Positions 17,989 to 29,402 are shown, counted from the stretch's first letter. The stretch is DNA of 64,000 bases from Clostridia bacterium (GCA_017468425.1 JAFUIO010000020.1:93185-157184), one strand, 5' to 3'. Translations and numbers: made by a program. The notes: generated by a model not told the origin, from the letters alone.

Positions 17989-19287
17989 ATGAACTTTGTT
18001 TTAAAAAATGCAAAAGTCTATCGTAAAGGCAAGTTCATAAAAGGCGATATTCTTGTAAAAGACGGTCGCCTCAGTCATCTTTTCGGTTTTTCATCCGTAC
18101 CTTGTGATGCTATCGTTTATAACGCTGAAAATTGTATTATTATTCCGGGTCTTGTTGATGTACACGTGCATCTCAGGGAGCCCGGTTTTTCTTTTAAAGA
18201 AACGATAAAATCCGGAACGATGGCTGCAGCACGCGGTGGTTATACACACGTATGTTCAATGCCTAACCTGAATCCTGTGCCTGACACAATGAAGAATCTT
18301 AAACAGCAGCTTGATGTTATCAAAACCGATGCTGTTATCAAGGTTACACCTTACGGTTCAATCACAGTCGGTCAGATGGGCGATGAACTTTCAGATATGG
18401 ATGATATGAAAGATTATGTTGCAGGTTTTTCTGATGACGGTAAAGGTGTTCAGGAAGCTGAAATGATGATTATGGCAATGGAAGAAGCAAAGGCCTGCGG
18501 TAAAATGATTGTGGCTCACTGCGAGGATAACTCACTTCTTCACGGCGGTTACATTCACGATGGTGAATATGCACGTCTTCACGGTCACAGAGGTATCTGC
18601 TCTGAAAGTGAATATCTTCCCATTAAACGCGATATTCCGCTTGCTAAACGTACAGGCTGCGGTTATCATGTATGCCATATTTCTGCAAAAGAAAGCGTTG
18701 AAGCTATCAGACAAGCCAAAAAAGACGGCGTGGATATTTCTTGTGAAACTGCTCCTCATTACCTTGTTCTCAATGATATGGATTTACAGGAAAACGGCAG
18801 ATTCAAAATGAATCCGCCTATAAGAAGTGAAGAAGACAGATTAGCTCTTATTGAGGGTATAAAAGACGGCACCATTGAAATGATTGCAACTGACCATGCA
18901 CCTCACTCAGCAGAAGAAAAGAGCAGGGGTCTTGAAAAAAGCTTAATGGGTGTTGTAGGGCTTGAAACTGCATTCCCTGTTCTCTGGACAGAGCTTGTTA
19001 TGAAAAATATAATCACAGCAGAACACCTTGTGAAAATAATGAGCATCAATCCTGCAAAACGCTTCGGCTTCGAAAGCGGACTTGATAACGGAAAAATTGC
19101 AGATTTTGCTGTGTTTGATGTCAGTGAAGAATACGAAATAAATCCTGAAGAATTCCTTTCAATGGGCAGAGCAACTCCTTTTGAAGGAAGAAAGGTTTAC
19201 GGCAAATGTCTTATGACAGTTTGCGGCGGTGAAATAGCGTACAGCAATATCGAAAGGCGGAAAGAAAATGCTACAGACAGTATTTGA
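17989..19287 (+). CDS. pyrC: Dihydroorotase
   Basis: VDVHVHLREPG metal motif and ATDHAPH. Operon context. Confidence 0.9.
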   Translation: MNFVLKNAKVYRKGKFIKGDILVKDGRLSHLFGFSSVPCDAIVYNAENCIIIPGLVDVHVHLREPGFSFKETIKSGTMAAARGGYTHVCSMPNLNPVPDTMKNLKQQLDVIKTDAVIKVTPYGSITVGQMGDELSDMDDMKDYVAGFSDDGKGVQEAEMMIMAMEEAKACGKMIVAHCEDNSLLHGGYIHDGEYARLHGHRGICSESEYLPIKRDIPLAKRTGCGYHVCHISAKESVEAIRQAKKDGVDISCETAPHYLVLNDMDLQENGRFKMNPPIRSEEDRLALIEGIKDGTIEMIATDHAPHSAEEKSRGLEKSLMGVVGLETAFPVLWTELVMKNIITAEHLVKIMSINPAKRFGFESGLDNGKIADFAVFDVSEEYEINPEEFLSMGRATPFEGRKVYGKCLMTVCGGEIAYSNIERRKENATDSI

Positions 19288-19999
19288 AATAAAAGCAAAT
19301 GAAAAAATCGCAAAAGATGTTTACAAAATGGTACTTATCGGTGATACATCTGACCTGAAAAAGCCCGGTCAGTTCGTAAACATCAAGCTTGACGGATTCT
19401 TTTTAAGAAGACCGATTTCTGTATGCGATTACGACGAAAACGTACTTACACTCATTTACAAAGTTGTTGGTGCAGGCACAGAAGTTATGAGTAAAATGTG
19501 TGAAGGTGAAAAGCTTGACATTCTCACAGGTCTCGGCAACGGCTTTGACACTTCAGAAAGCGGTAATAATCCCGTTGTTATCGGTGGCGGTGTAGGCGTT
19601 CCTCCTATGTTCAACCTCGCAAGAAAGTTAATTGAAGAAGGCAAAAAGGTAACTGCTGTTCTCGGCTTTAACAAAGAAGAAGAAATTTTCTACAAAGATG
19701 AATTTGAAAAATTAGGTGCAGAAGTTTACATTACAACTGTTGACGGTTCAGTAGGAACAAAAGGTTTTGTTACTGACGCAATGAAAAATATTGATTTCTC
19801 TTACACCTATTGTTGCGGCCCTGAGCCGATGCTCAAAGCAGTTTACAATGCTTCAGACAAAGATGGTCAGTTCAGTTTTGAAGAAAGAATGGGTTGCGGT
19901 TTCGGTGCTTGTATGGGTTGCAGCTGCAAAACAAAATACGGCAATAAACGAATCTGCAAAGAAGGACCCGTACTCTGCAAGGAGGAAATAATATGGTAA
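19268..19999 (+). CDS. pyrK: Dihydroorotate dehydrogenase (class 1B) electron-transfer subunit
   Basis: FNR-like fold. C-terminal 2Fe-2S motif CGFGACMGCSC...C. Confidence 0.85.
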   Translation: MLQTVFEIKANEKIAKDVYKMVLIGDTSDLKKPGQFVNIKLDGFFLRRPISVCDYDENVLTLIYKVVGAGTEVMSKMCEGEKLDILTGLGNGFDTSESGNNPVVIGGGVGVPPMFNLARKLIEEGKKVTAVLGFNKEEEIFYKDEFEKLGAEVYITTVDGSVGTKGFVTDAMKNIDFSYTYCCGPEPMLKAVYNASDKDGQFSFEERMGCGFGACMGCSCKTKYGNKRICKEGPVLCKEEIIW

Positions 20000-20904
20000 A
20001 CACAAAAGTTAATTTATCAGGCGTTGAGCTTGATAATCCGATAATCCCTGCAAGCGGTACATTCGGTTTCGGTTACGAATTTGCAGAGCTTTATGATATA
20101 AATGTTCTCGGTTCACTTTCTTTCAAAGGTACAACCCTTGAACCTCGTTTCGGTAATCCTACTCCCAGAATTGCAGAAACAGAAAACGGTATGATTAACT
20201 CTGTAGGACTTCAGAATCCCGGTGTTGAAAAGGTAATTTCAGAAGAACTTCCGAAATTGCGTGCTTGTTTCAATAAGCCGATTATGGCAAATATCAGCGG
20301 TTTCTCAATCGATGAATACAGAGCATGCTGTGAAAAAATCGATAAAGAAGACCAGGTTGAATTCATTGAAGTCAATGTCAGTTGTCCCAATGTTCACAAC
20401 GGCGGAATGAGTTTCGGTACTTCTCCCGAAAGTGCAGCAGCGGTAACAAAAGCTGTAAAAGAAGTTACAACAAAGCCTGTGTTTATTAAACTCAGCCCTA
20501 ATGTGACAGACATTGTGTCAATTGCTAAAGCTTGCGAGGAAGCTGGTGCAGACGGTATCAGCCTTATAAACACGCTTCTTGGCATGAAGATAGATTTAAA
20601 AACAAGAAAACCTGTTATTGCAAATAAGATGGGCGGTTTTTCGGGTAACGCAATTTTCCCCGTAGCTGTAAGAATGGTGTATCAGGTTTATGAAGCTGTA
20701 AATATTCCGATCATCGGAATGGGCGGTGTATCAAAAGCAGAAGATGTTATTGAACTTATGCTTGCAGGTGCAACTGCAGTCCAGGTTGGTGCTGCAAACC
20801 TTACAGAGCCTTTTGCTTGTAAGAACATAATTGAAGATTTACCCCGCGTTATGGCTAAATACGGTATTAATAATTTAAAAGATATAATAGGAGGCGCACA
20901 CTAA
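19993..20904 (+). CDS. pyrD: Dihydroorotate dehydrogenase (class 1B) catalytic subunit
   Basis: [18 protein letters not shown]...GA motifs. GGAGG RBS. Confidence 0.9.
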   Translation: MVNTKVNLSGVELDNPIIPASGTFGFGYEFAELYDINVLGSLSFKGTTLEPRFGNPTPRIAETENGMINSVGLQNPGVEKVISEELPKLRACFNKPIMANISGFSIDEYRACCEKIDKEDQVEFIEVNVSCPNVHNGGMSFGTSPESAAAVTKAVKEVTTKPVFIKLSPNVTDIVSIAKACEEAGADGISLINTLLGMKIDLKTRKPVIANKMGGFSGNAIFPVAVRMVYQVYEAVNIPIIGMGGVSKAEDVIELMLAGATAVQVGAANLTEPFACKNIIEDLPRVMAKYGINNLKDIIGGAH

Positions 20905-21602
20905 TGGGAAAAGATGTAATTATCGCGTGTGATTTTGACGGTAAGGAGGAAGTGCTTAAATTTCTTGATAAGTTCACTGGAAGAAAACCTTTCGTGAAAA
21001 TCGGTATGGAGCTGTATTATTCAGCAGGTCCTGAAATCGTAAAAGAAATCAAAGCAAGAGGACATAAAATTTTCCTCGACCTTAAACTTCATGACATTCC
21101 GAACACAGTTAAAAAATCAATGGCAGTTTTATCAAAATTGGATGTTGATATGTGCAACCTCCATGCAGCCGGTACAGTTGCTATGATGGAAGCAGCAATT
21201 GAAGGTCTTACACGTCCTGACGGCACAAGACCCCTTCTTATAGCTGTTACTCAGCTTACTTCAACAAGCGAAGAAAGAATGAAAGAAGATTTGCTTATCG
21301 AAAAACCTATCGATGAAGTTATTATGCACTACGCATCACGTGCGAAAGTTGCAGGTCTTGACGGTGTTGTTTGCTCACCCCTTGAAGCAAGCAAGGTTAA
21401 AGATGTTTGCGGTAAAGAATTCCTTACAGTAACACCCGGCGTTCGTTTTGCAGACGGTGATGTAGGTGATCAGGTGAGAATTGCAACTCCTGCAAGAGCA
21501 AAAGAAATCGGTTCTGACTATATCGTAGTAGGCAGACCTATTACTCAGGCAGAAGATCCCGTTGCAGCATATGAAAGATGCGTAAACGAATTTGTTGATT
21601 AA
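20904..21602 (+). CDS. pyrF: Orotidine-5'-phosphate decarboxylase
   Basis: [10 protein letters not shown] and [10 protein letters not shown] motifs. Confidence 0.9.
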   Translation: MGKDVIIACDFDGKEEVLKFLDKFTGRKPFVKIGMELYYSAGPEIVKEIKARGHKIFLDLKLHDIPNTVKKSMAVLSKLDVDMCNLHAAGTVAMMEAAIEGLTRPDGTRPLLIAVTQLTSTSEERMKEDLLIEKPIDEVIMHYASRAKVAGLDGVVCSPLEASKVKDVCGKEFLTVTPGVRFADGDVGDQVRIATPARAKEIGSDYIVVGRPITQAEDPVAAYERCVNEFVD

Positions 21603-21629
21603 TAGTTTTATATAAAGGAGAAAGAAATT

Positions 21630-22259
21630 ATGGAAAAACTTATTGCACAGGATTTGCTCTCAATCAGAGCTGTATTTTTCAGACCGGACGAGCCTTTCAC
21701 ATGGGCAAGCGGAATCAAAAGCCCTGTTTATTGCGATAACAGACTTACTCTCACAGCTCCCAAAGTGAGAAATGATGTTGAAAACGCACTTGCAGAAACA
21801 ATCAAAAAAGAATATCCCGAATGTGAAGTTCTTATGGGAACAAGCACAGCAGGTATTGCTCATGCAGCTATCACAGCTCACATTCTTGACCTTCCTATGG
21901 GTTATGTCCGTTCAGGTTCAAAAGACCACGGCAGACAGAACCAGATTGAAGGCAAGCTTGAAAAAGGTCAGAAAGTAGTTGTTGTTGAAGACCTTATTTC
22001 AACAGGCGGCAGTGTTATCGAAGTTGTAAATGTTCTTCGTGAAGCAGGCGCAGAAGTTCTCGGTATCGTAAGCATCTTCACATACGGTATGCAGAAAGGT
22101 CTTGACAGACTTGCTGCTGCAGAAGTTAAAAATGTATCACTTACTAATTTTGACGTTATTGCTAATGTTGCAGCTGAAACAGGCTACATCAAAGCAGAAG
22201 ATGTTGAAAGACTTATTAAATTCAGAAATAATCCTTCAGACGAAAGCTGGATCGGGTGA
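21630..22259 (+). CDS. pyrE: Orotate phosphoribosyltransferase
   Basis: PRPP-binding [13 protein letters not shown]. Confidence 0.9.
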   Translation: MEKLIAQDLLSIRAVFFRPDEPFTWASGIKSPVYCDNRLTLTAPKVRNDVENALAETIKKEYPECEVLMGTSTAGIAHAAITAHILDLPMGYVRSGSKDHGRQNQIEGKLEKGQKVVVVEDLISTGGSVIEVVNVLREAGAEVLGIVSIFTYGMQKGLDRLAAAEVKNVSLTNFDVIANVAAETGYIKAEDVERLIKFRNNPSDESWIG

Positions 22260-22264
22260 ATTAT

Positions 22265-23179
22265 ATGAGAAGTCTTATTGATATTAAAGACCTGTCCATC
22301 GAAGAAATCGATGAACTTATTGTAAAGGCAAACGATATCATAGAAAATCCGAAAAAATATGCACACGCTTGTGATGGTCTCAAACTTGCAACACTTTTCT
22401 TTGAGCCTTCAACAAGAACAAGACTCAGCTTTGAAGCTGCAATGTATGAGCTTGGCGGTAATGTTTTAGGTTTTTCTGAAGCACAGTCAAGTTCAGCTGC
22501 AAAAGGCGAAAGTGTATCTGACACAGTAAAAACAGTAAGCTGTTATGCTGATATTATCGCTATGCGTCATCCTAAAGAGGGTGCACCCTTAGTTGCTTCA
22601 AGAAAAGCATCTGTACCGATTATCAATGCAGGTGATGGCGGTCATAACCATCCTACACAGACTCTTACTGACTTGCTTACAATTCACCGCGAAAAAGGCA
22701 GATTTGATAATCTTACAATTGGTTTCTGCGGTGACCTTAAATTCGGCAGAACAGTTCATTCACTTATCGAAGCGATTTCAAGATATAAGAACATAAAAGT
22801 TGTGCTTATTTCACCGGTTGAACTTAAACTTCCCAGTTACATCAAACACGATGTATTGAGAGCACATAATATCGAATACGTTCAGACAACAAATCTTGAA
22901 GAAGTTATGCCAACACTTGATATTCTTTATATGACACGTGTTCAGCGCGAAAGATTCTTCAATGAAGATGATTACGTAAGACTTAAAGACAGTTATATTC
23001 TTACACCTGAAAAACTTGTGAATGCAAAAGAAGATTTATGCATTATGCATCCGCTGCCGAGAGTTAACGAGATTTCGACTGAAATCGATAACGACAGCAG
23101 AGCTTGCTATTTCAAACAGGTTCTTAACGGTAAATTTATAAGAATGGCTCTTATTCTTAAACTTCTGGGGGTGGAATAA
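22265..23179 (+). CDS. pyrB: Aspartate carbamoyltransferase catalytic subunit
   Basis: STRTR, HPTQ and HPLPR motifs. ATG 22265 preferred over GTG 22256. Confidence 0.9.
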   Translation: MRSLIDIKDLSIEEIDELIVKANDIIENPKKYAHACDGLKLATLFFEPSTRTRLSFEAAMYELGGNVLGFSEAQSSSAAKGESVSDTVKTVSCYADIIAMRHPKEGAPLVASRKASVPIINAGDGGHNHPTQTLTDLLTIHREKGRFDNLTIGFCGDLKFGRTVHSLIEAISRYKNIKVVLISPVELKLPSYIKHDVLRAHNIEYVQTTNLEEVMPTLDILYMTRVQRERFFNEDDYVRLKDSYILTPEKLVNAKEDLCIMHPLPRVNEISTEIDNDSRACYFKQVLNGKFIRMALILKLLGVE

Positions 23180-23596
23180 TTGATAGTTGATGCAATAAAA
23201 AACGGTATTGTTATTGACCATATCACTGCAGGACATGCTATGGAGTTGTACTCAATTCTCGAACTTGACAAACTTGATTGCACAGTTGCAGTTTTAATCA
23301 ATGTACCCAGTAAGAAAAAAGGAAAAAAAGATATAATTAAAGTAGACACACTTCTTGATGTTGATTTTGATGTTTTGGGTTACGTTGACCCTAATATTAC
23401 TGTCAGCATTATAAAAGACAGTAAGGTTGAAAAGAAACTTGAAATGAAGCTTCCTTCAACTGTTACAAACGTAATTAAATGCAAAAATCCTCGTTGTATC
23501 ACTTCAACAGAGCAGGAGCTTGACCATATCTTCAAACTCACAAATGCTGATAAGAAAATTTACAGATGCATTTATTGCGAAAGTCAGGCAAAGTAA
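23180..23596 (+). CDS. pyrI: Aspartate carbamoyltransferase regulatory subunit
   Basis: AIKNGIVIDHI and Zn motif CKNPRC...YRCIYC. TTG start. Confidence 0.85.
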   Translation: MIVDAIKNGIVIDHITAGHAMELYSILELDKLDCTVAVLINVPSKKKGKKDIIKVDTLLDVDFDVLGYVDPNITVSIIKDSKVEKKLEMKLPSTVTNVIKCKNPRCITSTEQELDHIFKLTNADKKIYRCIYCESQAK

Positions 23597-23648
23597 TAAA
23601 ACTGATAAAATTCGAATCAAAAATGAACTTTTTTTGTAAGTATAACCG

Positions 23649-23677
23649 TTGACTATCTAATCGGCAAAAGGTATAAT
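23649..23677 (+). promoter_or_regulatory. pur operon promoter
   Basis: TTGACT, 17-nt spacer, TATAAT. Confidence 0.7.
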
Positions 23678-23696
23678 ATTTTTAAGTGAAAATTTA

Positions 23697-23775
23697 TGTG
23701 TTTCTGCAACTGACGGATAAGGTGATTAAACACCGGGGAGCAGAAAAACACAATTTTGTCGACCGTCTGGGCAGT
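23697..23775 (+). promoter_or_regulatory. ZTP riboswitch (pfl motif) aptamer
   Basis: P1 is TGTGTTTCTGC / GCAGAAAAACACA. P2 is GGTG / CACC followed by GGGGAGC. A linker leads to GACCGTCTGGGCA. The pseudoknot GACGG (23712-23716) / CCGTC (23763-23767) covaries relative to the consensus. Confidence 0.85.
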
Positions 23776-23814
23776 TCTGTTTCATTTTTGTGGGAGAGAA
23801 CTGCCTTTATTTTT
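23770..23814 (+). terminator. Riboswitch expression-platform terminator
   Basis: GGCAGTTCT / AGAACTGCC stem then TTTATTTTT. The 5' arm overlaps the aptamer's 3' GGGCA element. Confidence 0.8.
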
Positions 23815-23843
23815 AGATGACGTTGACACGAGGAGGATAAATA

Positions 23844-24338
23844 ATGAAAAAAGTTGCTATTATTATGGGCAGCGACAGTGACCTGCCTGTTATTGAAAAA
23901 GGTATTGCCAAACTTGAAGAATTCGGCATTGATTTTGAAGTCCATGTTTTTTCAGCTCACAGAACACCTGTTGAGGCTAAAGTGTTTTCAGAAACAGCCA
24001 GAGAAAACGGCTTCGGTGTAATTATTGCAGCAGCAGGTATGGCAGCTCATCTTGCAGGTGCTATTGCAGCTAACACAACACTGCCTGTTATCGGAATTCC
24101 CGTTAAATCAACAAACCTTGACGGTATGGACGCACTTCTTTCAACAGTCCAGATGCCAACAGGTATTCCCGTTGCAACAGTTGCTATCAACGGTGCGGCA
24201 AATGCAGCACTTCTTGCTATTGAAATTCTTGCTGTAACAGATGCTTCACTTGCAGAAAAACTTGATAAAATGAGAAAAGATGGCGCCGAAACGGTTCTCA
24301 AAAAGGATGCGGCAATTTCAGCAAAATACTCTAAATAA
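23844..24338 (+). CDS. purE: N5-carboxyaminoimidazole ribonucleotide mutase (class I PurE)
   Basis: SAHRTP and [10 protein letters not shown] motifs (class I signature). GAGGAGG RBS. Confidence 0.85.
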   Translation: MKKVAIIMGSDSDLPVIEKGIAKLEEFGIDFEVHVFSAHRTPVEAKVFSETARENGFGVIIAAAGMAAHLAGAIAANTTLPVIGIPVKSTNLDGMDALLSTVQMPTGIPVATVAINGAANAALLAIEILAVTDASLAEKLDKMRKDGAETVLKKDAAISAKYSK

Positions 24339-24350
24339 GGAATGATATAA

Positions 24351-25772
24351 ATGGGCGGCTTTTTCGGAGCGGTTTCAAAAAGAGATTGCGTAACAGATGT
24401 TTTCTTCGGAGTTGACTATCACTCACATCTTGGTACAAGACGTGGCGGTATGGCAGCATATGATGAAGAAATCGGTCTGCAGAGAGAAATTCATAACATA
24501 GAAAATTCACCTTTCAGAACAAAGTTTGAAGGTATAACTGAAGAAATGAAAGGTTGTTCATGCATCGGTTGCATCAGTGATAATGACCCGCAGCCGTTGC
24601 TTATGCGTTCAAGGCTCGGCACTTTTGCTATATGTACAATCGGTGCTGTAAATAATGCAAAAGAACTTGTAGAAAACTATTTGTCTGACGGCGGTCATTT
24701 CAGTGCAATGACAGGCGGCAGAATCAATTCAACAGAGCTTGTGGCTGCTCTTATCGGCACTAAAAAGAGCTTTGTTGAAGGTATAAAATTCGTGCAGGAT
24801 ATTGTTGTAGGTTCAATGTCTATTCTGATTCTCAAGGAAGGCGGAGAACTTATTGTTTCAAGAGATAAGCTCGGCAGAATTCCTGTACTTGTAGGTAAAG
24901 ATGATGAAGGCTACTGCGTAACTTTTGAAAGCTTTGCTTATGACAAATTAGGTTATTCTTTTGAAAAGGAATTAGGTCCGGGAGAAATTGTTTCAATTAC
25001 TTCTGATAAATTGGAAATACTCTCTGAGGCACAGAAAGAAATGAAAATCTGTGCATTCCTCTGGACTTATTACGGATATCCTACATCAACTTATGAAGGT
25101 GTTAATGTTGAAGCAATGCGTTGCCGTAACGGTGCAATCATGGCTGAAACAGATAAGAAAAACGGTATTGCACAAAACCTTGATTATGTTGCTGGTGTTC
25201 CTGATTCAGGCACTCCTCACGCAATAGGTTATGCAAACGTAAGTAACGCAGACTTTGCAAGACCATTTATCAAATATACACCCACATGGCCCAGAAGCTT
25301 TATGCCGTCAAGCCAGAACGAAAGAAACAGAGTTGCAAAAATGAAACTCGTTCCCGTTCATGAACTTATTGAAAACAAAAAGCTTCTCTTCGTTGACGAT
25401 AGTATCGTACGTGGTACTCAGCTTCGCGAAACTGTAGATTTTCTTTATGAAAACGGTGCAGACGAAGTTCATATCCGTTCGGCTTGTCCTCCTATTATGT
25501 ACAGCTGTAAGTACCTTAATTTCTCACGCAGTACATCTGAAATGGAGCTTATTGCAAGACAGACAATTATGGAACTTGAAGGCGAAGAAGGCTTTAAATA
25601 TATTGAAGAATACATCGACGGTGAAACTGAAAGAGGTAAAGCAATGCGAAAAGCAATCTGCGAAAAACTTCATTTTTCATCTCTTGAATATCAGTCACTC
25701 GATGGTGTTATAAAATCTATCGGATTGCCGGCATGCAAGGTTTGCACATATTGCTGGAACGGTAAAGAATAA
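24351..25772 (+). CDS. purF: Amidophosphoribosyltransferase homologue lacking the N-terminal Cys nucleophile
   Basis: PRTase motif [14 protein letters not shown]-terminal Cys ligands ([10 protein letters not shown]). The N-terminus reads MGGFFG where canonical PurF has MCG. Confidence 0.75.
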   Translation: MGGFFGAVSKRDCVTDVFFGVDYHSHLGTRRGGMAAYDEEIGLQREIHNIENSPFRTKFEGITEEMKGCSCIGCISDNDPQPLLMRSRLGTFAICTIGAVNNAKELVENYLSDGGHFSAMTGGRINSTELVAALIGTKKSFVEGIKFVQDIVVGSMSILILKEGGELIVSRDKLGRIPVLVGKDDEGYCVTFESFAYDKLGYSFEKELGPGEIVSITSDKLEILSEAQKEMKICAFLWTYYGYPTSTYEGVNVEAMRCRNGAIMAETDKKNGIAQNLDYVAGVPDSGTPHAIGYANVSNADFARPFIKYTPTWPRSFMPSSQNERNRVAKMKLVPVHELIENKKLLFVDDSIVRGTQLRETVDFLYENGADEVHIRSACPPIMYSCKYLNFSRSTSEMELIARQTIMELEGEEGFKYIEEYIDGETERGKAMRKAICEKLHFSSLEYQSLDGVIKSIGLPACKVCTYCWNGKE

Positions 25773-25810
25773 GTAAATTATTAATTTTTATATTGAAAGG
25801 AAGATTCACT

Positions 25811-26851
25811 GTGAACAATTCTAAATCTGACAGCTACGCATCAGCAGGTGTTGACATTACTGCCGGTTACAAAGCAGTTGAACTTATGAAACAGCACATT
25901 GCAAGAACAATTACTAAAGGTGCCGCATCCGATATCGGCGGTTTCGGCGGACTTTTTGAACTTGATTTAACAGGTATTTCACGTCCCGTGCTTGTAAGCG
26001 GTACAGATGGTGTAGGTACAAAACTTAAACTTGCATTTATTATGGATAAACATGATACAGTTGGTATTGACTGCGTTGCAATGTGTGTAAACGATATCAT
26101 TTGCTGCGGTGCAAGACCCTTGTTCTTCCTTGACTATATTGCATGCGGTAAGAACGTTCCTGAAAAAATTGCAAGCATTGTTTCAGGCGTTGCTGAAGGC
26201 TGTGTTCAGTCAGGTGCATCTCTCATCGGTGGTGAAACTGCAGAAATGCCCGGTTTCTATCCTGTTGATGAATATGACCTTGCAGGTTTCTCTGTAGGCG
26301 TTGTTGACAGAGAAAAAGTTGTTGATAATAAAACAGTTAAAGAAGGCGACGCAATTATCGCTCTTAAATCAAGCGGTGTTCACTCAAACGGTTTTTCACT
26401 TGTAAGAAAAGTTTTTGATGTTGAAAACAGCGATATCAAAACTCCCGTTGAAAAACTCGGCGGTAAATCAATCGGTGAAACACTTCTTACTCCCACAAGA
26501 ATTTATGTTAAACCTGTTCTTGCACTTCTTGAAGAAGTTAAAGTTAAGGCTATCTCTCACATCACAGGCGGTGGCTTCTACGAAAATATTCCAAGAAGTA
26601 TTCCCAAAGGCTTTGGTGCAAAAATCAAGAGAAGTGATGTTCAGGTTCTTCCGATTTTTGAACTCATTGCAGAAACAGGCAATATCCCCGAAAGAGATAT
26701 GTTCAATACATTCAATATGGGTGTTGGTATGAGCATTGTTGTAGCTAAAGAAGATGCTGATAAAGCACTTGAAATTCTCCGTGCAAACGGCGAAGATGCT
26801 TATATTCTCGGTGAAGTTGTTGCTTCTGAAGAGGGTGTTATCATTGAGTAA
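25811..26851 (+). CDS. purM: Phosphoribosylformylglycinamidine cyclo-ligase (AIR synthetase)
   Basis: [17 protein letters not shown] and GGETAEMPG motifs. GTG 25811 is preferred because of an upstream AAGGAAG. Confidence 0.85.
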   Translation: MNNSKSDSYASAGVDITAGYKAVELMKQHIARTITKGAASDIGGFGGLFELDLTGISRPVLVSGTDGVGTKLKLAFIMDKHDTVGIDCVAMCVNDIICCGARPLFFLDYIACGKNVPEKIASIVSGVAEGCVQSGASLIGGETAEMPGFYPVDEYDLAGFSVGVVDREKVVDNKTVKEGDAIIALKSSGVHSNGFSLVRKVFDVENSDIKTPVEKLGGKSIGETLLTPTRIYVKPVLALLEEVKVKAISHITGGGFYENIPRSIPKGFGAKIKRSDVQVLPIFELIAETGNIPERDMFNTFNMGVGMSIVVAKEDADKALEILRANGEDAYILGEVVASEEGVIIE

Positions 26852-27482
26852 AAAAAATATTGCCGTACTCGTTTCAGGCGGCGGAACAAATCTTCAGAGT
26901 CTTATTGATTGCCAGAAAAACGGATATTTCGGCAACAGTGAAATTACTCTTGTGGTTGCATCCAAACCCGGTGTTTATGCTCTTGAAAGAGCTGAAAACG
27001 CAGGTATAAAAGGCACTGTACTTGCAAGACGAGACTATGAAGATATTGCTTCTTATTCAAAAGCACTTGTTGAAACACTGCAGAATGCTGATATTGATTT
27101 AGTAGTTCTTGCAGGTTTCCTTACAATAATCGATGAACAGGTTTATGAAGCATATCCTAACAGAATCATAAACGTTCATCCTGCTCTTATTCCGTCTTTC
27201 TGCGGTAAAGGATTTTACGGTTTGCATGTTCACGAAGCAGCTTTGGCAAAGGGCGTTAAAGTTTCAGGTGCCACAGTTCATTTCGTAACACCTGAATGTG
27301 ATGCAGGCCCTATAATTCTGCAGAAAGCAGTTGAAGTAAAACAAGGAGACACTCCTGAAACACTTCAGAAAAGAATTATGGAAGAAGCAGAGTGGAAAAT
27401 ATTACCCCTTGCAGTAAAACTCTTCTGTGAGGACAGAATAACAGTTGAAGATAACATAGTTATTATAGACGAAAGGGAATGA
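26844..27482 (+). CDS. purN: Phosphoribosylglycinamide formyltransferase
   Basis: [13 protein letters not shown] and [10 protein letters not shown] motifs. TTG 26844 overlaps the purM stop. The ORF-track start at 26754 lies inside purM. Confidence 0.85.
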   Translation: MSKKNIAVLVSGGGTNLQSLIDCQKNGYFGNSEITLVVASKPGVYALERAENAGIKGTVLARRDYEDIASYSKALVETLQNADIDLVVLAGFLTIIDEQVYEAYPNRIINVHPALIPSFCGKGFYGLHVHEAALAKGVKVSGATVHFVTPECDAGPIILQKAVEVKQGDTPETLQKRIMEEAEWKILPLAVKLFCEDRITVEDNIVIIDERE

Positions 27483-27486
27483 TGAT

Positions 27487-28203
27487 ATGGAGATAAAAAC
27501 TATAGCTAATGAACTTAATTCTCTTGCTTATCACGGCAGAGGTATTATTATAGGTAAAAGCGCTGACGGTAAAAAAGCCGTAACCGCTTATTTCATTATG
27601 GGCAGAAGCGAAAACAGCCGTAACCGTGTTTTTGTTGCAGAAGGCGATGCAATGAGAACAAAAGCTTTTGACGAGTCAAAAATGACAGACCCTCATCTTA
27701 TTATTTATTATCCTGTAAGAGTTCTCGGTAACAAAACAATTGTTACAAACGGTGACCAGACAGATACTATTTATGATCTTATGGATAAGCAGATGACATT
27801 TGAACAGGCTCTTCGCACAAGAGAATTTGAAGACGATGCTCCTAACTTCACTCCCAGAATTTCAGGTATTATCCGTCTTGAAAATGACGGTATGAATTAT
27901 GCAATGTCGATTCTTAAGAGCGCAGAAGGTGACGATTCTTCCTGTGAAAGATTTACTTATGCATACTCAAACCCCATCGCAGGTAAAGCAAAATTTATCC
28001 ATACATATAACTGTGACGGAAATCCGCTTCCCTCATTTGAAGGTGAACCGAAAACACTTGAACTTCCCGATGTTTCAATTGATGAACTCACAGACCTTAT
28101 CTGGACGAATTTAAACGAAGATAACAAAGTTTCACTTTTTGTAAGATATATTGATATCGAAAGCGGAGAAGCTGAAACAAGAATTGTTAATAAAAACAAA
28201 TAA
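27487..28203 (+). CDS. IMP cyclohydrolase, PurO-like (stand-alone)
   Basis: About 238 aa. Sits immediately upstream of an AICARFT-only PurH. The YHGRGIIIGKS...FIMGRSENSRNR region resembles the archaeal-type IMP cyclohydrolase family. Confidence 0.65.
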   Translation: MEIKTIANELNSLAYHGRGIIIGKSADGKKAVTAYFIMGRSENSRNRVFVAEGDAMRTKAFDESKMTDPHLIIYYPVRVLGNKTIVTNGDQTDTIYDLMDKQMTFEQALRTREFEDDAPNFTPRISGIIRLENDGMNYAMSILKSAEGDDSSCERFTYAYSNPIAGKAKFIHTYNCDGNPLPSFEGEPKTLELPDVSIDELTDLIWTNLNEDNKVSLFVRYIDIESGEAETRIVNKNK

Positions 28204-28217
28204 TCAGGAGGCAGATT

Positions 28218-29402
28218 ATGAAAGAATTTGAACTTAAATACGGTTGTAACCCTAATCAGAAACCTGCAAAAATTTTTATGTCAGACGGAAAAGATCTGCC
28301 TATTGAAATTTTAAACGGCAGACCCGGTTTCATTAATTTCCTTGATGCTTTCAACAGCTGGCAGTTAGTTAAAGAAATCAAAGAAGCTTTAGGCGAAGTT
28401 GCTGCTACTTCATTCAAACATGTAAGCCCCACTTCAGCTGCAGTTGGTACAAAACTTCCCGAAAGCCTTAAAAAAGCTTGTTTTGTAGATGATATCGAAG
28501 GTCTTGATGATTCTCCTTTGGCTTGTGCATATGCACGTGCAAGAGGCACAGACAGAATGTCATCATTCGGCGACTGGATTGCACTTTCAGACGTTTGCGA
28601 TGTAACAACAGCTAAACTTATCGCTCGTGAAGTTTCTGACGGTGTTATCGCTCCCGGTTATGAACCCGAAGCTCTTGAAATCCTTAAAGGTAAAAGAAAG
28701 GGTAGTTACAATATCGTAAAAATTGACCCTGACTATGTTCCAAATCCTGTTGAACACAAAGATGTTTACGGTATTACATTTGAACAGGGCAGAAACGAAT
28801 TCAAAATTAACGAAGAACTTCTTTCAAACCTTGTAACAGAAAATAAAGATGTTCCCGATAGTGCAAAAAGGGACCTTATTATCGCTCTTATTACACTTAA
28901 ATACACACAGTCAAACTCAGTTTGCTATGCAGTTGACGGACAGGCTATCGGCGTAGGTGCAGGTCAGCAGTCAAGAATTCACTGCACACGTCTTGCAGGT
29001 AACAAAGCTGATATATGGCATCTTCGTCAGCATCCCATGGTGCTCGATCTTCCTTTCCTTGATACAATCGGCAGACCTGATAGAGACAATGTAATTGATG
29101 TTTATATTTCTGATGATTATGAAGATGTTCTTGCTGACGGTAACTGGCAGAAATTCTTCAAAACACAGCCCGCACCTCTTACAAGAGAAATCAAGAAAGA
29201 ATATCTTTCTTCACTTTCAGGTGTTGCTCTCGGCTCTGATGCTTTCTTCCCGTTCGATGATAACATCGAAAGAGCAAAGAGAAGCGGTGTTTCTTATATC
29301 GCACAGCCCGGTGGTTCTATCAGAGATGATGTAGTTATTAACTGTTGTAACAAATACAATATGACAATGTCATTTACAGGAATGAGATTATTCCACCACT
29401 AA
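28218..29402 (+). CDS. purH: AICAR formyltransferase (PurH transformylase domain only)
   Basis: LKYGCNPNQ (compare LRYGENPHQ). 394 aa with no MGS-like cyclohydrolase domain. Confidence 0.8.
   Translation: MKEFELKYGCNPNQKPAKIFMSDGKDLPIEILNGRPGFINFLDAFNSWQLVKEIKEALGEVAATSFKHVSPTSAAVGTKLPESLKKACFVDDIEGLDDSPLACAYARARGTDRMSSFGDWIALSDVCDVTTAKLIAREVSDGVIAPGYEPEALEILKGKRKGSYNIVKIDPDYVPNPVEHKDVYGITFEQGRNEFKINEELLSNLVTENKDVPDSAKRDLIIALITLKYTQSNSVCYAVDGQAIGVGAGQQSRIHCTRLAGNKADIWHLRQHPMVLDLPFLDTIGRPDRDNVIDVYISDDYEDVLADGNWQKFFKTQPAPLTREIKKEYLSSLSGVALGSDAFFPFDDNIERAKRSGVSYIAQPGGSIRDDVVINCCNKYNMTMSFTGMRLFHH

Noticed and set aside
23694-23945. 83-aa minus-strand ORF across the purE upstream region.
   Set aside because: It lies antisense to the ZTP riboswitch, the terminator and the purE start. 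It has no RBS and a low-complexity translation, so it is a shadow ORF.
26754-26843. Upstream extension of purN overlapping the last 98 nt of purM.
   Set aside because: The extension has no PurN homology ([14 protein letters not shown]...). The conserved PurN N-terminus ([15 protein letters not shown]) starts right after TTG 26844.
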